A stretch of 64,000 nucleotides of DNA, from the IMG/VR virus record IMGVR_UViG_3300043434_000734, positions 64,001 to 128,000 of that record, one strand, 5' to 3'. Both the position numbers and the translations under genes were made by a program. Of this stretch, positions 58,192-64,000 are shown piece by piece (the stretch's first letter is position 1; every line of letters starts with the position of its first letter). The notes below the pieces were generated by a model. That model saw only the letters and a list, made by a program, of their open reading frames with translations, did not search any database and had not been told where the DNA came from. Origin of the DNA: a virus (taxonomy: Duplodnaviria; Caudoviricetes).

Positions 58192-59511
58192 TTAATCTTT
58201 CGATGTTGTGATACCAAGTGAACCTAAAAAATCGTCCAAATCGTCACCGCCATCTTCATCGTCATAATTATCCATTTCTCGATTATATTCGTCCTCTTCC
58301 CAATCTTCATTTCTTAAACTTTCCTCAATCTCACGTACCATTCTTTCTATAACCTGTTTTGCTCTTGGGTCACCTTTAACAACCATATTCATTAATTTAG
58401 CAAAATCCTTAGTTGATAATTTTGAAATTCTTGAAAACAAGTAATTTTGAATATGTTTTAAATCGTCTTCATATAATCTATCAGGATATGTGGATAATAA
58501 TTTTTCCCATATATACGGTCCAAATCGTAAATCCCATATTTCCATAGGTAAAGTATCCGTAACACCCATTACCATATCAGCCTGTCTTTTTTCATCAGGT
58601 AATCCCTGTGTTGCTATGATTTCCATTGTACCCTTAATTAATTCGTGAACTAACACTGGGAAAAATACTCCACGTGCTCTAACTGTAGGTGGTTCCGTTT
58701 CGGGGTCAATCTCTTCTTTACCGGCTTTAGTTCTTCCATCACCACCTAACATCATCTCATCAGGGAATATCCAATATAACATATCGTTAACGGACATTAA
58801 AATACCGTATAATGTAACAATGTTTGGTTTAAGCGCCACTAATCTTTCAGATACCAATTCAAACATATAGTGGCCCTTTTTTGAAGATCCCTGAATGAGT
58901 GCATTCATCACCTTTCTTTTTGCAACTTCGTCATTGAATATCTCAACTGCACTCATAAATTCCTCAACGTCATCACCAGCTTCTTCCGGATTAACACCAA
59001 ACTCTTGTTCAATTTCTTCTTCAGTTGGGTTCTCAGATTGATTTGCAAACCCCTCATTACTAATATCACCAATGCCGACCAACTTAGCGTCATATTGAAC
59101 TACCCCCTCAGGAACGGCTAATTCTTTCTTAACCAATTCAATCGCTAAGTTTTCTAACATTTCCTTATTCTCAGATTCAAATGATAACACTTCTCTCATT
59201 GCCCCCATCATAGACATTTGTAACTGTCTAAATGTGTTACCGTCGGTCACATTACCTTGTTGTCCTGTGTAATGTTTAACTTTATTAACCACATCAATAA
59301 AACGTTTTGAAGCGATTAATTCTTCAAAATTAGAAGGAATTCCCTCTGGTTGGTCCTGTGGTATGGATGGATTATCCTTATAAGGGGTCTCCTTATCTGC
59401 TAATTTTCTTTCCAAATCAGGATTCATCCTCTCTGGATTATTACCGTAGTCTATTGGCATCTCATTCAATGTTTCTTGAATTAAAGATAACAATTTTTTC
59501 TTGGAAAACAT
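58192..59511 (-). CDS. Hypothetical head-associated protein (439 aa)
   Basis: N-terminal leader KKKLLSLIQETLNE; FPVLVHELIKG.ME; EIWDLRFGP. Confidence 0.7.
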   Translation of the reverse strand: MFSKKKLLSLIQETLNEMPIDYGNNPERMNPDLERKLADKETPYKDNPSIPQDQPEGIPSNFEELIASKRFIDVVNKVKHYTGQQGNVTDGNTFRQLQMSMMGAMREVLSFESENKEMLENLAIELVKKELAVPEGVVQYDAKLVGIGDISNEGFANQSENPTEEEIEQEFGVNPEEAGDDVEEFMSAVEIFNDEVAKRKVMNALIQGSSKKGHYMFELVSERLVALKPNIVTLYGILMSVNDMLYWIFPDEMMLGGDGRTKAGKEEIDPETEPPTVRARGVFFPVLVHELIKGTMEIIATQGLPDEKRQADMVMGVTDTLPMEIWDLRFGPYIWEKLLSTYPDRLYEDDLKHIQNYLFSRISKLSTKDFAKLMNMVVKGDPRAKQVIERMVREIEESLRNEDWEEDEYNREMDNYDDEDGGDDLDDFLGSLGITTSKD

Positions 59512-59513
59512 AA

Positions 59514-60203
59514 TTAGTTTTGGTCTTTAAATTTAAAACCTAAATTTTTGAATTTCATAAACTCAGGCATTTTATTTTTTTTATCACCCTCTTCACCCAA
59601 TGCTTTAGGTTTTGGTGTGTGCTTCGGCTCAAAAGGATTTTCTCTTTTTGGTTTACCTGGTTTTGTTGTTGGTTTTTCTCTAACAGGGGTATCAGTATCA
59701 GGTTTTGAAGGTTCCCCCTTGTTTTCGGTTATTTTAACTTTAATGAGTTCCATAATTTCATTTTTTGAAGTGAAACTATGAAATTTTTCATTTTCAACCA
59801 AACCTTTTATCCATTTTTTTATTTGACTTTCCTTTAACTTTTTCGAATCCATAAATTCAGGAATATTATTATGACCCTTAGTGATTTTTTTACCAAAGCT
59901 AGGAGATTCTTCTAAATGTGAATGATCACATTTACAATTTTTAATTGTTTTACCACAATCTTCACATTTTTTAACATCATCATTTTTCTTTTCTCTCAAT
60001 TCAACATTAAGACCTTGATCTGTTAATTTTTTAACGTCATTTGGGTTTGAAGTTACTTTTGACATAACAACACTACCCTTTTTTACTTGTTCACTTAACA
60101 TTCTTTCCGCTAAATTCACAAGTTGTTTATCGTTTAATTTAACTAATGTTTTTTCTGATAAACCCTCGGCAATCAATTTACCTACTATAACGTCTCTTTT
60201 CAT
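59514..60203 (-). CDS. Hypothetical, probable internal head protein
   Basis: Several L/IxE sites; Pro/Lys-rich C-terminus. Confidence 0.6.
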   Translation of the reverse strand: MKRDVIVGKLIAEGLSEKTLVKLNDKQLVNLAERMLSEQVKKGSVVMSKVTSNPNDVKKLTDQGLNVELREKKNDDVKKCEDCGKTIKNCKCDHSHLEESPSFGKKITKGHNNIPEFMDSKKLKESQIKKWIKGLVENEKFHSFTSKNEIMELIKVKITENKGEPSKPDTDTPVREKPTTKPGKPKRENPFEPKHTPKPKALGEEGDKKNKMPEFMKFKNLGFKFKDQN

Positions 60204-60601
60204 ATATTCTTGAATTTTATTTCTTCATTTAAAAGAATGTAACTTCTTTGTTTTAATTTTTTAGTGACACTTTCAATAGACTCACCAAATTTAAAAGTAA
60301 GTCTTTCATTTTCAGATTCAAAATCAAACTTCTCCCAAGCCATTGCAATTACACCATCTACAGCATCAATAACTCCGAAATAATCGGAGTTTTGAATAAG
60401 TTCTAATTGTAAATCTGTATTTTTTAAAAGTCCCACTAAATCAATATATTCAATATCTGGTGATTTTGGTTCTACACTTAAAGATGCTGGAACCTTGAAC
60501 CATACGTCCATATCTATTTCAGTACTATTGCTGAATATAAATTCGTATTGTTTTTGTCCTTTGTAATCTTCACCGATTTCATTGACATATATCAAATGCA
60601 T
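60200..60601 (-). CDS. Hypothetical protein
   Basis: 133 aa; LIYVNEIGEDYKG..YEFIF..DAVDGVIAMAWE. Confidence 0.7.
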   Translation of the reverse strand: MHLIYVNEIGEDYKGQKQYEFIFSNSTEIDMDVWFKVPASLSVEPKSPDIEYIDLVGLLKNTDLQLELIQNSDYFGVIDAVDGVIAMAWEKFDFESENERLTFKFGESIESVTKKLKQRSYILLNEEIKFKNI

Positions 60602-61611
60602 TAGTTGAAATGTTTACTTAAAATCTCGTTTGTCATTTTATTGATTTCATCCTTAATTTCATCCAAATCAAGTTCTTTTATTTCATCTTCGTCATTTACC
60701 GATTCAGATGAAACCTCTTCGTCAGTCTCTTTAATTGAATACTTACTTAAGTTAATTTCATCAGTGTCCATTGGAGTACTAATAAATTCTTCCAATGCAT
60801 TAATTCCCACATATTCATCAATATCAGATTCAGGTTCATCAGCCGGCTCTTCAGAAGGAAGTTCATTTGGTACATCTTGACTACCTTTTTCATCTTCTTC
60901 TCTTTCGAATTTTTTACCGATTTCTTCGATATCTTCGTCATCTAATTTATCCAAATCGACAGCGGAGATTATCATATTTAAAATGTATTTAATATCATCA
61001 CTCTCCATCTTATCTTGTAAATCTCTCAATTCCTGACCTAATTTACCTGCATATTTTTGTGCCTCGGCCATATATGACGATCTTTTACCTTCATCTTCAC
61101 CACCTTCTTGAGATATTGAGTCTGATGGTACATCTGACGGTAAATCATTACCAATTGACGTGTCATCACTCATATCAGGCACCTCCTCACCTGAATCGTC
61201 AGGTGTTGGTACAGGTGGTAAATCCATTGATGGTTCCGCAATTGGAGCTTCCGCTTGTGGCTTAGTTTGTTTTAAAACATACTTTGTGGCTTCTTGTAAT
61301 TCTTCTTGACCTTTTAACAATTCAAGTCTTTTATAAGCTTCAGCGTACGACGAGAATTTGTTTTTATTCTTCATAAACATACCACCAATATAATCTAATG
61401 ATGATTCATTTAAACCTCTTTTAACGTAGTATCCGTCTTTTTCTTTTACTACACCATAAACTCCACCTGTTTTAGATTCTTTCACTAATTCAGTTGTTTT
61501 TGAGGAATTACTTTTATTATTGTTGTTTTTAAAGTAAGTAAGTTCAAGGATTCTTTTTAATTTGTCGTCCCCATTTAATTTCTCACTACCTAGTGGTTTT
61601 AAATCTCCCAT
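60601..61611 (-). CDS. Hypothetical acidic protein
   Basis: 336 aa; YGVVKEKDGYYVK; QKYAGKLGQELR..DIKYILNMIISAVDL. Confidence 0.7.
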   Translation of the reverse strand: MGDLKPLGSEKLNGDDKLKRILELTYFKNNNNKSNSSKTTELVKESKTGGVYGVVKEKDGYYVKRGLNESSLDYIGGMFMKNKNKFSSYAEAYKRLELLKGQEELQEATKYVLKQTKPQAEAPIAEPSMDLPPVPTPDDSGEEVPDMSDDTSIGNDLPSDVPSDSISQEGGEDEGKRSSYMAEAQKYAGKLGQELRDLQDKMESDDIKYILNMIISAVDLDKLDDEDIEEIGKKFEREEDEKGSQDVPNELPSEEPADEPESDIDEYVGINALEEFISTPMDTDEINLSKYSIKETDEEVSSESVNDEDEIKELDLDEIKDEINKMTNEILSKHFN

Positions 61612-61682
61612 TTTATAATTTTGTTAAGATATACTTATTCTTATCCTATAAATACATTGATATATAGAAAAAATAAGGTTCT

Positions 61683-62456
61683 TTATTGTGTTATAGACAA
61701 TTTCCTGTCTACGATGTCCGTTTTAAGCTTTAATAACTTTCCAATATAATTATTCCTTCTTAATAATTTAAATGTAAGGTTTTCATATGAATATTCACCA
61801 CCCGAATCTAAACCACTTTGTCTGAATTTTTTAAGTTTCTTTCTCAAGTCATCAATTTTAGTTAACACATCAACACCTTTATTTGACAATTCAATTAATT
61901 TATCAATTTTATCTCCGTATTCAAGACCCTTCTCAATGATAAGTCTATCATCAATATTCGGTTGATTTTTTTCAGGTTTTATTAACCATTGATTGTTAAG
62001 TATAGAGTAAACTCCCGATGAAATATGATCTTCGTCCACATCTTGAACATAAACCTCAACATCATATCCTTTAATGGTGATATTGTGTGTTTCATTCCAA
62101 ACATTCTTTTTTGCATCAAAAAACTCTTTCACAATTTTATTTACACCCGTAAGTTTTTTATCAACAATTTCGTCAAAATCAATAAGAATATGTAAATCTA
62201 CGTCAGAAAAATTAGACCAATTGTAATTTGCTAATGAACCGGTTAATACTATGTCGTGTATAAAGAATTCCACCCCTAACGAATCGATAAAATTATCCGA
62301 TATTTCTATTAATTTTTTTCTAATATCCTCGTGCATTTTAAATTCATCCCCTTCAACATCAAATATTTGATTAGAAAGGGAGTCTTTAGATTTAAAAGAT
62401 TTAACGATTTTATCGTCCAATTCTTTATCTTCAATCAATTCTTCAAATAAACTCAT
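61683..62456 (-). CDS. Pol-beta superfamily nucleotidyltransferase
   Basis: LTGSLANYNWSNFSDVDLHILID (GS..DxD) and downstream DVEVYVQD. Confidence 0.8.
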   Translation of the reverse strand: MSLFEELIEDKELDDKIVKSFKSKDSLSNQIFDVEGDEFKMHEDIRKKLIEISDNFIDSLGVEFFIHDIVLTGSLANYNWSNFSDVDLHILIDFDEIVDKKLTGVNKIVKEFFDAKKNVWNETHNITIKGYDVEVYVQDVDEDHISSGVYSILNNQWLIKPEKNQPNIDDRLIIEKGLEYGDKIDKLIELSNKGVDVLTKIDDLRKKLKKFRQSGLDSGGEYSYENLTFKLLRRNNYIGKLLKLKTDIVDRKLSITQ

Positions 62457-62698
62457 TATAATTTCTTATAGTTATGACTTCTAGCGATATTTTCGTTGAA
62501 GTGTTTTCCTTGAGATTCGGACATTCTGAATTTAGTGAACTTATTCCAAGGAACTTTATTATATTCATAAATACTCCCATTGTTGAAAGTCACCGTTAAA
62601 TCCTCTGTTTCGGTATTGTATGTTGCTTCTTTTAAATTAGAAGATTGGATGGTGACAGTTATTAGTTTACCATCAATTTTTTCTGATATGATTCCCAT
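62456..62698 (-). CDS. KTSC-domain protein
   Basis: IQSSNLKEATYN..LTVTFNNGSIYEY.KVP..F..SQGKHFNENI. Confidence 0.9.
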   Translation of the reverse strand: MGIISEKIDGKLITVTIQSSNLKEATYNTETEDLTVTFNNGSIYEYNKVPWNKFTKFRMSESQGKHFNENIARSHNYKKL

Positions 62699-62743
62699 AA
62701 TATTTTATTTATACTATATTATACACAATAAATTTTAAATAAA

Positions 62744-62765
62744 AAACCCCGAAAAATCGGGGTTT
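62744..62765 (-). terminator. Terminator after hsp20
   Basis: AAACCCCGA-aaaa-TCGGGGTTT with T-run on the minus strand. Confidence 0.75.
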
Positions 62766-62768
62766 GTA

Positions 62769-63125
62769 TTAATTTAATGAGACTAAACGCTCGATTGATT
62801 TTTTCCTATCAATCGGAAGGACTAACTCTAAAATACCGTTTTCTACTTTTCCTTCGATATCTCGTTCTTTAACGTCCTCAGGAATGTCATATGACTTGAC
62901 AAAACTATCGACAAAATAATATGATTTATCACTTTCAGTTTTATCAAATGAAATCTTCAACACCCCTTCTTTGGTGGTAATTTTTATATCCTCCTTAGTT
63001 AAGCCAGGAATACTTATCGAAACCTTATATTCGGTTTCACTTTTCATAATTTTAGTTTCAGGAGTTGATAGAAATCTGTTTCCGTCAAAACTCTTAAAAA
63101 ATGGATCGTTAAATAATGTTATCAT
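62769..63125 (-). CDS. hsp20: Small heat shock protein (Hsp20/alpha-crystallin)
   Basis: IPGLTKEDIKI..GVLKIS..FVKSYDIPEDV..IEGKVENGILELVLP. Confidence 0.93.
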   Translation of the reverse strand: MITLFNDPFFKSFDGNRFLSTPETKIMKSETEYKVSISIPGLTKEDIKITTKEGVLKISFDKTESDKSYYFVDSFVKSYDIPEDVKERDIEGKVENGILELVLPIDRKKSIERLVSLN

Positions 63126-63167
63126 AGTTTTGTGTTTTTTTGATTTATATTTTACAAATTGTAAACC

Positions 63168-63223
63168 AAATGTCTAAAACTGACATTTAGACATTTGTTA
63201 GATATTTTTTTAGACATTTTGTC
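63168..63223. promoter_or_regulatory. Cluster of GACATTT/AAATGTC boxes between divergent hsp20 and clp genes
   Basis: AAATGTC 63168; GACATTT 63182, 63190, 63213; variant GATATTT 63201. Confidence 0.5.
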
Positions 63224-63228
63224 TTTTA

Positions 63229-63260
63229 TTTGTTTTTTAGAATGAAAAATGTTATGTTTG
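63229..63260 (+). promoter_or_regulatory. Bacteroidota sigma70-type promoter (-33 TTTG, 20-nt spacer, -7 TATGTTTG)
   Basis: TTTG 63229-63232 and TATGTTTG 63253-63260, upstream of ATG 63283. Confidence 0.65.
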
Positions 63261-63282
63261 TATTCAACTAAACTTATGTAAA

Positions 63283-64000
63283 ATGTCTGTAGATTTTTTT
63301 GAAGAAGGACCAACCACAAATCCTAAAAAAGTAAGAAAAGGGTCTAACACCCCAATTCTTGATAATTTTTCTCGTGACCTTATTAAAATGGCCGAGGAAG
63401 GTAAAATTGACCCTGTTGTTGGTAGGGACAAGGAGGTAAAAAGAATTGCTCAGATTCTTTCTCGAAAAAAGAAAAATAATGCCGTAATTGTTGGTGATGC
63501 TGGTGTTGGTAAATCAGCATTGGTTGAAAAATTAGCAATTATGATTTATAAAGGTGAATGTCCATCTAATTTGTTAGATAAAAGAGTTATGTCTCTTGAT
63601 TTAACTTCATTAGTTGCGGGTACAAAATACCGAGGTCAATTTGAGGAAAGAATTAAAGCAATTTTAAATGAATTACAAGAAAATCCAAATGTAATTGTTT
63701 TCATCGATGAATTACATACAATGGTGGGTGCGGGTAATGCAAGTGGTGCAATGGATGCGGCTAATATCCTTAAACCCGCCTTAGCTCGTGGAGAAATTCA
63801 ATGTATCGGTGCAACCACATTTGACGAATTTAAAAAACACATTGAAAAAGATGCCGCGTTAGTTAGACGTTTTCAAAAGGTGATATTAAAAGAACCAACA
63901 CAAGAAGAGACAGTTGAAATCTTACGTAATTTACAAGAATCATATCAAGAGTATCATAAAGTATCATATGATGAGGGTGTTATTGAATCGATAGTAAAAC
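63283..64000 (+). CDS. ClpB/ClpC-family AAA+ ATPase (5' part; runs off the window; not in the ORF track)
   Basis: Translated by hand: [95 protein letters not shown]. Confidence 0.95.
   Translation, partial: MSVDFFEEGPTTNPKKVRKGSNTPILDNFSRDLIKMAEEGKIDPVVGRDKEVKRIAQILSRKKKNNAVIVGDAGVGKSALVEKLAIMIYKGECPSNLLDKRVMSLDLTSLVAGTKYRGQFEERIKAILNELQENPNVIVFIDELHTMVGAGNASGAMDAANILKPALARGEIQCIGATTFDEFKKHIEKDAALVRRFQKVILKEPTQEETVEILRNLQESYQEYHKVSYDEGVIESIVK

Noticed and set aside
1-64000. Giant eukaryotic virus or bacterial chromosome origin of the window
   Set aside because: Complete T4-like head and contractile-tail gene set plus Bacteroidota-type promoters indicate a tailed phage; no integrase or host housekeeping context.

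Overview
A 64 kb, very AT-rich, gene-dense segment of a large T4-like (contractile-tail) dsDNA phage, read in standard code 11. The host is most likely Bacteroidota: the window has TAnnTTTG host-type promoters, no Shine-Dalgarno sites, a Bacteroidota-like bS21 and a Bacteroidota-like Clp ATPase. It carries most of the morphogenesis module (baseplate, tape measure, tail chaperone, tube, sheath, neck, spike, major capsid, scaffold, prohead protease, portal, large terminase). It also has family B DNA polymerase, a SNF2 helicase, a sigma-like factor, dUTPase, dCMP deaminase, PhoH, three glycosyltransferases, a WYL protein, a flavodoxin-like reductase, a nucleotidyltransferase-KTSC pair, Hsp20, a partial Clp ATPase and ribosomal protein bS21. 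Main observations: (1) a short amphipathic helix (RIKEMM-like) shared by the scaffold C-terminus and the termini of unrelated proteins, suggesting a capsid cargo-loading tag system; (2) a start-less ORF reachable only by a +1/-2 frameshift at TTT TTT CGC in the tail chaperone gene; (3) 20 copies of TATTTAT[A/T] just upstream of late genes, several only 3-4 nt before the ATG; (4) a 32-bp perfect palindrome that gives bS21 and its convergent neighbour the same C-terminus; (5) a parS-like palindrome in the longest intergenic region. All product calls come from motif recognition by eye, not database searches. No tRNA, rRNA or CRISPR array was seen.
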